From a virus (lineage: Duplodnaviria; Heunggongvirae; Uroviricota; Caudoviricetes), in the IMG/VR virus record IMGVR_UViG_2740892423_000027: a stretch of 44,568 bases of DNA. One strand, written 5' to 3'. A program made the translations under genes and the position numbers. This document shows, piece after piece, positions 1-11,999 of the stretch. Numbering within the stretch: the stretch's first letter is position 1; each line of letters opens with the position of its first letter. The notes under the pieces were generated by a model. It saw only the letters and a list, made by a program, of their open reading frames with translations. It was not told the origin of the DNA and made no database searches.

Positions 1-234
1 TCACTTATTTAAGTGATACTGGTTGTCTGGAGATTCAGGGGGCCAGTCTAGCACGGAGCCAACGAGCGGGGTATTTAGAATGGTATTCCCAGAGCCATCT
101 GTTATGAGGACATACCACCTCATCCCGGCAATGTTCCATTTGACCTGGCAGTTATAGACGGTGCCATCAAGGATCGGTGTAAAAGTCATGCTTTGACGAT
201 CATTGCCGGTAAACGGATAATTCTGGGTTGTCAT
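1..234 (-). CDS. Phage virion protein, N-terminal part only (gene runs off window start)
   Basis: Open frame on minus strand starting near 234 and still open at position 1; lies at distal end of virion gene string; product not recognised. Confidence 0.35.
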   Translation of the reverse strand: MTTQNYPFTGNDRQSMTFTPILDGTVYNCQVKWNIAGMRWYVLITDGSGNTILNTPLVGSVLDWPPESPDNQYHLNK

Positions 235-941
235 GGCCCTACCCCCAACTTACCCAATAGGCCGGTTATTGCTTCCGATACAGAGCTCCCGAGTGGCGTG
301 TTGCCAAGAGCATTGGCGGTATTAGTCCAGGATGGGTCGGTTACCATATCCCCGGCGCCAATCTTGTTTAAAAAATTGTTCACAGCCTGCTCTGCACCAT
401 TATCGGTTATCAGTGGCTGCTCGAAATCCCATATCCATGAACGCTGTGGTAATGGATCATTACCAGAAGTGATGTCCCTCACGACACGCAAAATGCAGTT
501 GCTATAGATAACGGATGGGGTGGCGACGATAAACGTGCCGCCTAAGTTAGAATGCGCCTGAAGGACAGACTGCAAAGCACTCATAGTGACGAGCTTTGTC
601 ATCGCCCCGGTGTTTTCATTGACCGGGGCCTCCATTACCAACGAAACGCGCAAAGGCTGAGCAAGCAAGGCGTTCGCAGCTACCACCTGGTTGGCGAAAG
701 GGTATCTGGCAATTTCATAATCAACCATTGTGGCGCCCTGAACCGGGCGCCAGTGGCAGAAATATTTATCCAGATCGGTTAGGTTTATGGCTCCTCCAAG
801 CAGTCCCGTAACAAAGCTCGAGCTCTGCGTCAAAGCGACGATCGGGAGCATTCCTCCAGGAATGGCCTGCGCTATCCCTCCGCAAAGTATTACTGGGGAT
901 ATTTCAAAACCCAGCTTATACATTTCACGTGTGAATCCCAT
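231..941 (-). CDS. Phage tail-associated structural protein (hypothetical)
   Basis: 236-aa ORF tightly packed (4-nt overlap) with downstream virion gene; Gly/Thr/Ala-rich composition typical of virion proteins; no specific family recognised. Confidence 0.45.
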   Translation of the reverse strand: MGFTREMYKLGFEISPVILCGGIAQAIPGGMLPIVALTQSSSFVTGLLGGAINLTDLDKYFCHWRPVQGATMVDYEIARYPFANQVVAANALLAQPLRVSLVMEAPVNENTGAMTKLVTMSALQSVLQAHSNLGGTFIVATPSVIYSNCILRVVRDITSGNDPLPQRSWIWDFEQPLITDNGAEQAVNNFLNKIGAGDMVTDPSWTNTANALGNTPLGSSVSEAITGLLGKLGVGP

Positions 942-2758
942 TACCTCGCCCCCAATTGCGCTGAAGTTACCACTGCATTCCCACCGGTATTGTTATAGAT
1001 CTGAATGACTGTGCTCTCAGAAACTCTGCTACCAGCCCCTTCTTTTTGAGATATAGCAGAAATGAGTTTCGCGATAACCTGAGGATCATTGAGATTCAGT
1101 TTCTGATTCTCATTAAATCCAGTAGTTTTAACCACATGCCGAATATACTCAGCGGTATTATTTTCCTTAGGAGGAGCCCATTTTCTTGCAATATCTCCTA
1201 CCGTATTTATTCCTTTAGCGCCATACATTTGAAGTTGCTTTGTCGCCGCCAGTACGCCTTCATCCAGCGTTGGGAAGACGGCAAATTTACCGCTTCTCGT
1301 ATTCTCGCTGCTATATCCTTCAGCCCACCGCAGATTTCCCGGATTATTAAATCGATCTGCAATAGTCCTGTTTCTGTCGGAAGTATTTGCAGGTGTGGGA
1401 TCAACAGCTTTAACGGTTCCATCTTCAAAGAAGCGCCTAACACCCTTGAGCCAGCCCCATACATGCGGGTCATCATTGCTTCCAGGAGTATAGGATTTTC
1501 CCGTTTTCGGATCGATGATGGTGCTTGGGCTCAACATCGTTGACCCGGATGATATATCCGCAGTAGAGATACTCGCTTTCCCTGTTACCCAATCAATAAC
1601 CTTGCCAATTAGATTTCCCATTTTCTCTACTTTGTCCATAAAGTTGCTTACATCTGTGGAAAATTCAGGAGAAGCGAGGTAATTACCGAACCGCTCAATG
1701 CCGCCGGCCAGCGCATCAATCCACTTGCCGAGTTCGGGTGATTTCAGAACGGTATCGATCGCGCCTGACAGCGCATCAGACAGCTTGCTCAGTTGCGGCG
1801 TGAGTGGCCCCAGGCCGCGCACAAACGTGTTCCTGATGCTCTGGCTGCTGTAGTCGAGCTGGACGTTAAAATCCTGCCACTGGCGCGCCTGCTGGTCGGT
1901 AATTTGCAACATACGCGCATCCTGCTGCGCGCGCTTCTCCATGGCGGTGATCTCTTCATCGCTCATGTTTTTGAAGCGGTTCAGGTCGTCCAGTGTAAAG
2001 AAGTTTGTCAGGCCGTGCGCCTGTGCGCCCTGCAGCGTGCTGCCGTTCTGCACGAAGATATCGCGCGCATTACGGATCATCTGCGGGAGCAGTTTGGCCG
2101 GGTCCTGGTCGGGGTTGTTAATCCCCATCGCCTGAAACGTCCAGCGCTTCGACAGGTCCATTTGCGAATCGCGGATAGCGCCCAGCGTACCCGCCGGATT
2201 ACCGAGTGCTTTCTGGTAGTTTATGGCGGTGGAATCAAGTGCGCCGATACTCGTCCCAAGCCCGAGAGAAGTAAACCGCTGGGCACCGGTGGTGGCAGCC
2301 AGCCGGTTGATGCCGAACAGGCCGCCAACGCCAAGGACGCCGGTAAATATCCCGACAATGCCACCCCATGACAGAAGGCTGGCCGTCGCTTCCTTGATAT
2401 GCCCTGCCAGCGATTTAGCGTCTTTCGTCGCATCGCTGAGGAATCCCTTCGCAGAGCGAGTACTTTTGTTGAATTCGTCCTGCTTTTTCTTCGAGTCTTC
2501 CAGGTTGGTATTGAGCCGATCGATACCACTGTTGATAGTCAGAATGGCCTCGGCCACGGCATTAAACTCCGCGCCTAACTCCTTCGTCTCACCTTTGGCC
2601 TTTTCGGTCTGCTTGCTGCTTTCGCCAATACCAACGGCAGCTACCCGCCAGGCTTCCGGTAAATCATCCAGCGCGCTCTGGTACTCGCGAAACCTTTCCA
2701 TAAACGCGACAAACTTGTCGTCATTTACGTCAATGTCGACGATCGACTTAGCTACCAT
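941..2758 (-). CDS. Tape-measure-like or ejection protein with hydrophobic Gly-rich segment
   Basis: Long ORF; likely start MVAKSIV at 2758 preceded by AGAGG; coiled-coil-like N-terminal half; Gly-rich hydrophobic stretch GGIVGIFTGVLGVGGLFGI; follows putative sheath/tube/chaperone genes. Confidence 0.45.
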   Translation of the reverse strand: MVAKSIVDIDVNDDKFVAFMERFREYQSALDDLPEAWRVAAVGIGESSKQTEKAKGETKELGAEFNAVAEAILTINSGIDRLNTNLEDSKKKQDEFNKSTRSAKGFLSDATKDAKSLAGHIKEATASLLSWGGIVGIFTGVLGVGGLFGINRLAATTGAQRFTSLGLGTSIGALDSTAINYQKALGNPAGTLGAIRDSQMDLSKRWTFQAMGINNPDQDPAKLLPQMIRNARDIFVQNGSTLQGAQAHGLTNFFTLDDLNRFKNMSDEEITAMEKRAQQDARMLQITDQQARQWQDFNVQLDYSSQSIRNTFVRGLGPLTPQLSKLSDALSGAIDTVLKSPELGKWIDALAGGIERFGNYLASPEFSTDVSNFMDKVEKMGNLIGKVIDWVTGKASISTADISSGSTMLSPSTIIDPKTGKSYTPGSNDDPHVWGWLKGVRRFFEDGTVKAVDPTPANTSDRNRTIADRFNNPGNLRWAEGYSSENTRSGKFAVFPTLDEGVLAATKQLQMYGAKGINTVGDIARKWAPPKENNTAEYIRHVVKTTGFNENQKLNLNDPQVIAKLISAISQKEGAGSRVSESTVIQIYNNTGGNAVVTSAQLGAR

Positions 2759-2881
2759 TGAAGAAACCTCTTTCTTTGAGCGCGGCGAGAAGGTAGCGCT
2801 GCCGGTACTGCGCCGGGCTGGCATACTCCTCGCCGGTGATCTCCCTTATCACCTGCCAGAAGCCCTCATTAGACGCCCAGT

Positions 2882-3454
2882 CTAAGAGGGTATAAATGAC
2901 GTTTCCGGCGGGGCATTCTGGGTCGGGGTATCGGTAACCGGCTTCGACGTCTGCAACGAATCGCGGAACGCCGTAACGCTCGATGAGGTTAGTTGCCCAT
3001 CGTACATTTTGATCACCGTTCCCACGGTCGGCGCGATCAGGTTTGCCTTCTGAATAGCAGAGGAAACCATAAAAAAAACCACTTCGCCTTCGACCTCGCG
3101 ATACTCATCAGGGGCGATAATCCCCTGATTGAATGCCACCTCAAGGGGCGTGGTTTTCCACTGGCCGCCGACGTTATGGATAACGACCGTCAGTCGCTGA
3201 ATTTCATCTACGATGTTCGGGCCTGCCCGACCGTTATCGATTTCCGCTTTCAGGCTCTGCCTCAGCATCATCGCGGCGATTCTGGCGGCGCCAAGACCAC
3301 CCACCTGCGAGATGAATTTTGTGAACAGGTTCCCCAGCAGGATGCAGTGTTCTTCCACCACCTCATAGGGGAATGGCGTCACATGCAGGTATACGATCGA
3401 GCCGTCTTCGCGGGTAACGTTGGTGACCAGATTCAGTTTCTTGTCAATTTTCAT
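2882..3454 (-). CDS. Phage tail assembly/structural protein (hypothetical)
   Basis: 190-aa ORF in virion gene string between putative tube and tape-measure-like genes; no family recognised. Confidence 0.4.
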   Translation of the reverse strand: MKIDKKLNLVTNVTREDGSIVYLHVTPFPYEVVEEHCILLGNLFTKFISQVGGLGAARIAAMMLRQSLKAEIDNGRAGPNIVDEIQRLTVVIHNVGGQWKTTPLEVAFNQGIIAPDEYREVEGEVVFFMVSSAIQKANLIAPTVGTVIKMYDGQLTSSSVTAFRDSLQTSKPVTDTPTQNAPPETSFIPS

Positions 3455-3457
3455 GCA

Positions 3458-3895
3458 TTACACCCACATGTTGTCGTTGGTGACCATATAGCCGCTGATG
3501 GTTACCACAAAAGCCGGGTCCATCCCGCTGAAAGCCAGCTCGTTGAAGTTGACCAGATAGCAGTTGAGCAGCGTGATATTGCCGAACGTCGTTGCATCCG
3601 GCGTTACCACGATTTCACCCAGCGACGTGTCGGTTAAAAAGCGTTGCCGGTAGCTTTCGCCCAGCCCCTGGGTTTTCAGGAGATGCACGGTCAGCGTTAC
3701 CTGCTGATACGGCGCCTGGCTGCCGACGGTTCCGGTCATCGTAGGGATGATGTCGGTCGCCGGGCCATCCGGACGCAGGCTAATGCCGTCCTTTGCCAGG
3801 TACGACGCCGAAACGTTCAGCGCCGGTGTGTCCGTGACGGAAAGAGCCCCGCGTACGCGGTTAAGGAAGCCCTGCGGTACTAATGGGTTCGCCAT
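3458..3895 (-). CDS. Putative tail tube-like protein
   Basis: 145-aa ORF directly downstream of the 464-aa putative sheath gene with 3-nt spacing; assignment by size and order only. Confidence 0.3.
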   Translation of the reverse strand: MANPLVPQGFLNRVRGALSVTDTPALNVSASYLAKDGISLRPDGPATDIIPTMTGTVGSQAPYQQVTLTVHLLKTQGLGESYRQRFLTDTSLGEIVVTPDATTFGNITLLNCYLVNFNELAFSGMDPAFVVTISGYMVTNDNMWV

Positions 3896-3898
3896 TTT

Positions 3899-5293
3899 TT
3901 ACGCCCCTACAAAGTTCGTTACGTTCACGTTAAACGTGATGGATTCGAAGCCGCGGCGCGGCGTCATGACGGCGCTCAGCCCGTTATATTTGCCTTCCTG
4001 GTAATCGGAGGGGTTCAGGCTGTTGTAGTTACTGAACGGCACGGCGTTGATCACGGCGTTGCCGGCGTAAGTGCCTTTGTCATACTCGGTGTTGAAATCT
4101 TCCTGCGTAAGTTGCGTGTCAATGACGCGACCGAGGATCAGCCCGTAGCTGATGCCATTACGCAAGGTTTTCAGAGCACGACGCTGCAGGCGGTCAATGC
4201 CCTTCTGCTCGTAGTACAGCGGGTTAACGGTGGTGTTGGAGCCGTTGATAATTTCATTCGCCAGGTCGAGCTCAAGGTTGATCGCCGTCCACGCCACCGA
4301 ATACCAGTAGTTGAACGGGTTACCGTCGAGCATGCGGCCGGTGAACAGCACTTTATTGCTGAGACCACCTTCTGCGCCGGTGCCGACGTAGTTGATGTTG
4401 TTGTCCTGCAGCGATTTCAGCAGTGCGCTGTTACCTTCCAGCGGGTACTCAGTCAGGCCGTACATAAAGCGGTACGACATCGGCGGCACCATGTTGCTCG
4501 ACCCCGGGTCGTTTGCCAGGGATGACTGGAACGGGCCGGCCATGGAAAACTCGCTCGCCGGAATATCCGGAGCCTCGACGCCGGCAAAGACAGTTTTGTA
4601 TTTCGTCGCAGTCCACGCTTCATAGGTCGCGATCGTTGTGGTGACAAAGAAGTAAACCAGACTTCCCGGCGAAGTATAGAGGCTGGTCAGGGTTTTAAAT
4701 TCATCGACCGAATCCCATTCGCGCGGCACCAGATAGGAGAAAAACTTCTGGTAGGTGTTACCCAGGGAGACGTCTTCAGCAATGAAGGTTGTCAGCGCTG
4801 CGACAGCTGCCTCCATGGACACATCGCCCAGTTCCAGCACATAAACAGCCCGCGTTTTACCCTGGGCCCAGAACGAAGTATTCATCTGGGAAATTTCGGT
4901 CTGCACTACCGTTTTTACCGTTCCCATTGCCGTTGCGGTTCCTGGGTTGGTCGTCAGCGGATAGGTGAAGGTGTTGGCTCCTGTCACCGTAGCGGTATAG
5001 GCGCCATTGTACCCCGCCGGAGTCGCGCCGGAGATGATCACCGGGACCTGCGACCCGTTAGTCCATCCGTGAGCGGCAGCCAGCGTGACGGTTACCACGC
5101 CAGTAGCCCAGGCGAGCGTCGAGATGGTTTTCGCCGGTGCAAGGATGTCGGCCAGGTCGGTTTCACTGGTCAGCAGCTGATATTCACCGGCATTCAGCGT
5201 CGTGCCGCCCATAGAAATCATCGCCCCGGACTTTAACAACTGCGAGGGCTTCGGCGGATTCGTCACCGACACGTTAATATTAACAATTGCCAT
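3899..5293 (-). CDS. Putative tail sheath-like structural protein
   Basis: 464-aa Thr/Gly/Ala-rich ORF preceded by four small connector-sized genes and followed by a tube-sized gene; assignment by order and size, no motif confirmed. Confidence 0.35.
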   Translation of the reverse strand: MAIVNINVSVTNPPKPSQLLKSGAMISMGGTTLNAGEYQLLTSETDLADILAPAKTISTLAWATGVVTVTLAAAHGWTNGSQVPVIISGATPAGYNGAYTATVTGANTFTYPLTTNPGTATAMGTVKTVVQTEISQMNTSFWAQGKTRAVYVLELGDVSMEAAVAALTTFIAEDVSLGNTYQKFFSYLVPREWDSVDEFKTLTSLYTSPGSLVYFFVTTTIATYEAWTATKYKTVFAGVEAPDIPASEFSMAGPFQSSLANDPGSSNMVPPMSYRFMYGLTEYPLEGNSALLKSLQDNNINYVGTGAEGGLSNKVLFTGRMLDGNPFNYWYSVAWTAINLELDLANEIINGSNTTVNPLYYEQKGIDRLQRRALKTLRNGISYGLILGRVIDTQLTQEDFNTEYDKGTYAGNAVINAVPFSNYNSLNPSDYQEGKYNGLSAVMTPRRGFESITFNVNVTNFVGA

Positions 5294-5297
5294 TTAC

Positions 5298-6236
5298 TTA
5301 TTTCTCCGGGTCAATGGACGGAATTGCAGACGTGATCAGCTGGCGCGCTAAGTTACGCATCCGTTGCTGGTAATAATTGATTTTAAATTTGATGGTCTTA
5401 CGCATGGCGATGATGTTGAGCTCGTTCTGAGTGACTCGCTCATCCTGCACGACGGGAATATTCATGATCCCCATCTCCGGGGCATCGCCGGTCGTGTAGT
5501 CCTGCACATACCGCACAAAGTCTTCAATGCTGGCGTTACGCAGGCCGGTGACCGAAAGCGTGACATCTTCCGTTACCAGCTGATACTGGTTTTGCTTCTC
5601 GTCCAGATAGAACGCGCCGGCGATCGGTGACGTGTTACTGCATTTCACTGTCGCATAGGGCGGCGAAAGGTTCTGCGTTGAGAGCATCGCCGGGAACATC
5701 GGCATGTACTGATTCAGGGCCAGCCAGATCGGCAACGAGCTCGACACCACTACGTCAGAGAGGTCTATGTCATCCGCAGAGTTGATGATCTGCGACCGCA
5801 TGTGCGGGAAAATTGCCTCTCCGGTGTAGTGGTACAGGTTCGCCGGCTCATTCAGCCCGGTACGCCGGGAGAACGAGAACTGAACGCCAAAAAACTCGCC
5901 GATGTACAGCACCTCTGACCCGATGTCGTTAAACGGGTCGATGTCCGCCTGCGCGGTGAACGTCACCACGTTGCGATCGTACAGTTGCTCGTCGTCCTGA
6001 ATGGTTTCGGTCGTCAGGTGCAAATAACCTTTCACATCTACCGTATCCGGCTCATTGTTCGGATCGTCTGACAGGACCGAGGCTTTCACCCAGAACACGA
6101 AGCCATCGAGCGGAAGTACCTTTCTGATGTACTTCGTGAACGTCACCACCTGGAACCGGCTCAGATCATCCAGCCCCTGTGTCAGGGTAGCGTTAAGCTC
6201 GGTTTTGGCGTTCTGTAACTCACTCAGGGAAGGCAT
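5298..6236 (-). CDS. Phage structural protein (hypothetical, neck/tail-completion region)
   Basis: 312-aa ORF in packed minus-strand virion operon; no family recognised. Confidence 0.4.
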   Translation of the reverse strand: MPSLSELQNAKTELNATLTQGLDDLSRFQVVTFTKYIRKVLPLDGFVFWVKASVLSDDPNNEPDTVDVKGYLHLTTETIQDDEQLYDRNVVTFTAQADIDPFNDIGSEVLYIGEFFGVQFSFSRRTGLNEPANLYHYTGEAIFPHMRSQIINSADDIDLSDVVVSSSLPIWLALNQYMPMFPAMLSTQNLSPPYATVKCSNTSPIAGAFYLDEKQNQYQLVTEDVTLSVTGLRNASIEDFVRYVQDYTTGDAPEMGIMNIPVVQDERVTQNELNIIAMRKTIKFKINYYQQRMRNLARQLITSAIPSIDPEK

Positions 6237-6654
6237 TCAGCACCCCGCTTACCCAGGCTCGCATAGCTGCCTGATAGGTTCCTGTGTCAATGAACGAAGG
6301 GCGTGGCGGCCCCTTTTTGCCTTTAAAGCGCTTCGATATACCCTCAAGCGCGCGGCGCGTTGGAACACCAGGGAGGCCGTTCATCTCGGTGTTATCGAGG
6401 AAGCCGACAAAGAGATCGTGAACTTTGGACATTGACTCAGCGAGCGGGTCTTTTGCCGGCGGCGCGCCGGCGAACATGTTTTCAAACGCTGCGGCCAGGT
6501 CTTTGCTCATCAGATCAGCGATGTCGTTCCCGTAGCGGTCAAAGAACGTCTGCATAATCTGATACCTCGCTTCCAGCTCTTCCGCTACGCTCCCCGTCGT
6601 GGTGTCCTCGTCCTCGTAGGGGATATCGATAACGCCCAGATGAAAGGTGATCAT
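6220..6654 (-). CDS. Head-tail connector candidate (hypothetical)
   Basis: ORF with ATG at 6654 overlapping upstream stop (ATGA coupling); the longer frame to 6711 would overlap the upstream gene. Confidence 0.4.
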   Translation of the reverse strand: MITFHLGVIDIPYEDEDTTTGSVAEELEARYQIMQTFFDRYGNDIADLMSKDLAAAFENMFAGAPPAKDPLAESMSKVHDLFVGFLDNTEMNGLPGVPTRRALEGISKRFKGKKGPPRPSFIDTGTYQAAMRAWVSGVLNAFPE

Positions 6655-7079
6655 GTCAGACCCCACAGGCTCCCGAACTGCTGAGCGAACATCAGGTAGC
6701 GACGGCCCCACGGGTCCTGGAGCATCTGCAGATCTGCCAGCGACAGGTCTTTGAAGAAATCAGGGACCAGGCGCTGTGCGCTGGTAGAGTTATCCCCGGC
6801 TCCCGTGATAACCCCGGCTTTGAAGTCATTCAGCCCATATTGTTTACGGAACTCAGCAAACACAGCCTCTGTCCCGTAATTGATGAGAAACGATGCCCCA
6901 AGGTTATAAACCGCGATGCTGTACATGTTAGGCATAACGCACGCGATGTCCGGGTTAACCCATTCAATGGCGCCGCCATAGGCGAGAGAAAAAGACGGCG
7001 AGTCGTCGGGAACCTGGTCGGGGGTGATGCCCATATCAGATCGAACGAATTCGATGAATCCCGACAGACTGGTGGTCAT
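6651..7079 (-). CDS. Head-tail connector candidate (hypothetical)
   Basis: 142-aa ORF with 4-nt overlap to upstream gene; position between capsid and tail genes. Confidence 0.4.
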   Translation of the reverse strand: MTTSLSGFIEFVRSDMGITPDQVPDDSPSFSLAYGGAIEWVNPDIACVMPNMYSIAVYNLGASFLINYGTEAVFAEFRKQYGLNDFKAGVITGAGDNSTSAQRLVPDFFKDLSLADLQMLQDPWGRRYLMFAQQFGSLWGLT

Positions 7080-7558
7080 TTCTTCTTGCTCCCGGCTTTC
7101 GGCGTGACAATTTTTTCGTTGATGGTCGGGTCGTCTGAATGGTCATCGCGCCCCTTGGCCTGCTCTGCGCTGAATTCCATGTCACCTTCGTAGCCGATAC
7201 CGCTTTCGCGCAGTGTGTTATCCAGCGCGGCGACGGATGCCTGCCGGCGGTTATGAGCCCCGCGGGTCAGATGACCATCGTTATCGCGAATGGTTTTCTC
7301 AATAACGCTGGCGGAAACGGGTTTGTTGATGCTGTAGCACAGGCCGACAAATGCCTGGCTCTGGTCGATTTTGGTTGAGTCAACCAGACCGTAAACCTGA
7401 TGATGCTGAATAACCGCTTCGACTTCTTCGGTCGAGCCATCCAGAACCTGCATCTGTGAGCCGTGCTCAATGGGGATCTGGCGAAGGCGCCCGGTTTCCA
7501 GCTGGCGGAAAGTGAAGATGTGGCGCTGCTTGGTAGTGTTGGCGATGTACAGTTTCAT
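7076..7558 (-). CDS. Head-tail adaptor candidate (hypothetical)
   Basis: 160-aa ORF downstream of major capsid gene; coupled to following gene. Confidence 0.4.
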   Translation of the reverse strand: MKLYIANTTKQRHIFTFRQLETGRLRQIPIEHGSQMQVLDGSTEEVEAVIQHHQVYGLVDSTKIDQSQAFVGLCYSINKPVSASVIEKTIRDNDGHLTRGAHNRRQASVAALDNTLRESGIGYEGDMEFSAEQAKGRDDHSDDPTINEKIVTPKAGSKKK

Positions 7559-7630
7559 TGTTTACCCTTCGTAAAAAAGCCCCTGCACAGCGAACCATGC
7601 AGAGGCTTAAGCACTTCTCAATTTCGCGTT

Positions 7631-8662
7631 TTAGGAGCTGTATGCCATCGACAGGATGGTGATAGCTTCCGGACGGACTGCCCAGCCAGCCGTAGAGCGC
7701 ATTTCTGACAGCACGTCGATAGCGCCCCCGGGGATTGGCGTCGGGATTTCCATCGGTGCCGCCATGTCGGTGAACATCAGGGCATTAGCCGCCAGAGACG
7801 GGCTCAGTTTGGCGAATTCGTTGGTGTTCACGGTGGAGTTAACCATCGGCACTTCCACTTCCGGGATGGTGATAACCACCGCGTCAGTACCGCCGGCACC
7901 GGCGCCGATCAGCGTGTCGTCGTACACCCAGTCAACCTGAACATTCGCGCCACGGAGAACCTCTTTCACGGTGCCGCCGACGGTATCAGTACCGCCGCCA
8001 GGACGCTGATAAGATGTCAGCTGAACGATCTGCTGAATCTCCATCGCGCCCAGCACTCGCTGCGGCCCGAGGATAACAACACGCTGCTGGCGACCCAGTT
8101 GCATGGTGCGGGTCAGCGCGGCCTGTACATGGCCCAGCAGATAGACAGCCATCTGTCCATGGTCGTAGGTCAGCACAGTGGTGTTGCTGTTGCTGTCCGG
8201 CGGCAGGGTTTCGGTGGTCGCGCCTGCGGTGTTCAGCAGACCTTCGCCGCCTGCCGGGTTCATGCCGTACAGCAGCGCAGAACGCAACTGCTGGAAGATG
8301 CCCTGACGCATGCCGAGACGCTGAGCTTCTGGCAGTGCCACGTTCCAGTTACCGGCCGCCGCGGTGTCGTGGTGATCGTAGATACCACGGCAGCGGAACA
8401 GGTAGGTTGGAGTGGAGATCATGCGCGCCTCGAGCGCCACGCTCGGCAGCTGGTTGGCGTTGCCGGACTGGCTGGAGGTTACCTGGGTACGAATATCCAG
8501 GCGGCGCATATAAACGTACTGGTCGCCTACGCCAAGGCGGACCTGCGGGTTACCGCTGGCGATGGTTTCGAACGCACCGGACGCCTGCTGGTAACCAATG
8601 ATCAACTCCGGCGCAATATACGACGGGTTGACGATGGTGTAGCTGGGGGTAATTGCAGCCAT
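7631..8662 (-). CDS. Major capsid protein
   Basis: 343-aa ORF immediately after scaffold-like and decoration-like genes; size and position typical of a major capsid protein; strong RBS region; family not verified. Confidence 0.6.
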   Translation of the reverse strand: MAAITPSYTIVNPSYIAPELIIGYQQASGAFETIASGNPQVRLGVGDQYVYMRRLDIRTQVTSSQSGNANQLPSVALEARMISTPTYLFRCRGIYDHHDTAAAGNWNVALPEAQRLGMRQGIFQQLRSALLYGMNPAGGEGLLNTAGATTETLPPDSNSNTTVLTYDHGQMAVYLLGHVQAALTRTMQLGRQQRVVILGPQRVLGAMEIQQIVQLTSYQRPGGGTDTVGGTVKEVLRGANVQVDWVYDDTLIGAGAGGTDAVVITIPEVEVPMVNSTVNTNEFAKLSPSLAANALMFTDMAAPMEIPTPIPGGAIDVLSEMRSTAGWAVRPEAITILSMAYSS

Positions 8663-8675
8663 TTAAAGCTCCCGA

Positions 8676-9536
8676 TTAAAGTAAGACCAGCGCGCAGCTG
8701 TCGGTGTTGTTCCAGGTAAGGAAGCCCGTAGCGCTGTCATAGCTGACAGTTTTAGAGTTCCCACTCTCGATGGAGATGACTTTCACCGGCAGGGTGATGT
8801 CTGCCTGAGCCACAGCGCCGATAGCGCCCTGCGTGGTCGCGGAGCCGCCCGGCGCGCTGGCAGGCGCATAGGTGAAGGTTGTCGTACTCGGTACGGTCAG
8901 CACAACGACGGTGCCGTTATAGGCAGCCGGATCTACGCCGCTGATCTTCACGTACTGGCCTGCAGTCAGACCATGTGCAGAGGCAGTGGTGGCGGTGGCC
9001 ACGCCATTCGAGTAGGTAACAGCGGTCGTGTCAATGTCAGCACCGGAAAAAGCCGCCGCGGCTGCGGTGGTCACCTGGTTATTGACGAAGTCCCACGCCA
9101 GCGGCGTTTTCACCGATGCGCCAGCGGTTCCCAGTGCGACCACCTGCGCTGAAGCTTTCAGCGGAACGCGCATGTTGGAGCCAAGGCGATAGAATGAAAC
9201 GCTCATGCCGGACGCATACAGCGGAACTGGTGATTGCGGAGTGGTAAGCCCGTTGTGGGCCTGGTTGAAGACGGTGAAGCCTTCGAGCTCAGCCAGTGAT
9301 ACAGCGCGACGAATAGTCGACCCGCGAGGGCTGGAATTCACGCCGGACAGCAACTCGGCAACCGGCAGGCCACCCCACAGCGGTTTGGTTTCGGTGGCGG
9401 CGACAGTGCCGGAAGCCAGGTTAAAGCGGTTTGCCGGATCATCCAGAGCAACACCCTGAATGAAGCCATCAGACTGCACACCGAAGGAACCAGCGGCATT
9501 CGTGGTCGCCATCGGGTTAAGAGATAAATTAGCCAT
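8676..9536 (-). CDS. Capsid accessory/decoration-like protein
   Basis: 286-aa Ala/Thr/Gly-rich ORF between scaffold-like gene and major capsid gene. Confidence 0.4.
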   Translation of the reverse strand: MANLSLNPMATTNAAGSFGVQSDGFIQGVALDDPANRFNLASGTVAATETKPLWGGLPVAELLSGVNSSPRGSTIRRAVSLAELEGFTVFNQAHNGLTTPQSPVPLYASGMSVSFYRLGSNMRVPLKASAQVVALGTAGASVKTPLAWDFVNNQVTTAAAAAFSGADIDTTAVTYSNGVATATTASAHGLTAGQYVKISGVDPAAYNGTVVVLTVPSTTTFTYAPASAPGGSATTQGAIGAVAQADITLPVKVISIESGNSKTVSYDSATGFLTWNNTDSCALVLL

Positions 9537-9551
9537 GCTTCAGAGCTCCCG

Positions 9552-11168
<1,617 letters not shown>

Positions 11169-11177
11169 TTAATGCTC

Positions 11178-11999
11178 CTATGCTGCTTTCATGGACTCCA
11201 GGAACTTGCGGCCCTTCTGGGTCAGCATGTCCTCGGGAATGCTGCGGAGGTTGTACAGATAGGTGACGTAGCACCGACAGAAAACCTCTTCGCCAGGCTG
11301 CGTAATTTCGTCGAGATAGCCGGCAGGGCCAGCTTTGACATAGCCATTTTTCTGCGCCCAGTTCCCGCGGATGAGATAGATCAGCTTGTCCCTCTCCTTG
11401 TGATCTTCCCGGTAGTCGTACCCTGGCTGGCGCCAGTGGCTATGCCACTCGGCAGCAATCGCGTTGTTGCCCGTCGCGATGATGTTGTCGATATTGGCGA
11501 TCAGCTTATGGCTCTGGTCAATCATCACGCGGCGCGCTTCATAGTCCACCTTCTCGGCGGCCTTCTGAATGTGCGCCGCCGTCTCCCGCATCGTTCCCTG
11601 AATGCCGGTCAGCGCAATGCTGTCTGCTGAGGGAATGCTGCTGGCCCATCCGCTAAACCGCGACAGAGTAGTGTCGATGGCTTTCTTGCGATTCAGCTTT
11701 ATCAGGTCAACGCTGGCCAGGATGCGGCGATCCAGCTCGCTGCGTAACTTCGGCTCCATGTAGTTCAGCGTGAAGCGTGAAAGCCCCTTGTGGCGCTCCA
11801 GCGCTCCAGCCTTGCTCACCTGCAGGTCATAGGTCTTACGCAACCGATCGGACACCATGCTCATGTAGTCGTCATCAGTTTCGCTTTCGGCCGCTTGCCG
11901 GATAATGGCCTGCCATTGCTCCAGCTCCTGCCGCGAGGTGTAGCCATTGCGCAGAAAGAACTTCACCGCCTCGCGTACGGTGCGCGTGAAAGTCTTCAT
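11178..11999 (-). CDS. Head morphogenesis protein (minor head protein, Mu F / SPP1 gp7-like)
   Basis: 273-aa ORF directly downstream of portal with 4-nt overlap; conserved position of F-like morphogenesis genes; family assignment by position and weak recollection. Confidence 0.45.
   Translation of the reverse strand: MKTFTRTVREAVKFFLRNGYTSRQELEQWQAIIRQAAESETDDDYMSMVSDRLRKTYDLQVSKAGALERHKGLSRFTLNYMEPKLRSELDRRILASVDLIKLNRKKAIDTTLSRFSGWASSIPSADSIALTGIQGTMRETAAHIQKAAEKVDYEARRVMIDQSHKLIANIDNIIATGNNAIAAEWHSHWRQPGYDYREDHKERDKLIYLIRGNWAQKNGYVKAGPAGYLDEITQPGEEVFCRCYVTYLYNLRSIPEDMLTQKGRKFLESMKAA

Noticed and set aside
1793-2885. Plus-strand ORFs (1793-2371, 1941-2135, 2223-2885) antisense to the tape-measure-like gene
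   Set aside because: Lie entirely within a long, well-supported minus-strand virion gene; Pro/Arg/Ala-rich translations typical of antisense frames; no RBS context.
8099-8719. 206-aa plus-strand ORF (and 8335-8601) antisense to the major capsid gene
   Set aside because: Arg/Gly-rich antisense artefact of a GC-rich coding region; overlaps the capsid gene completely.
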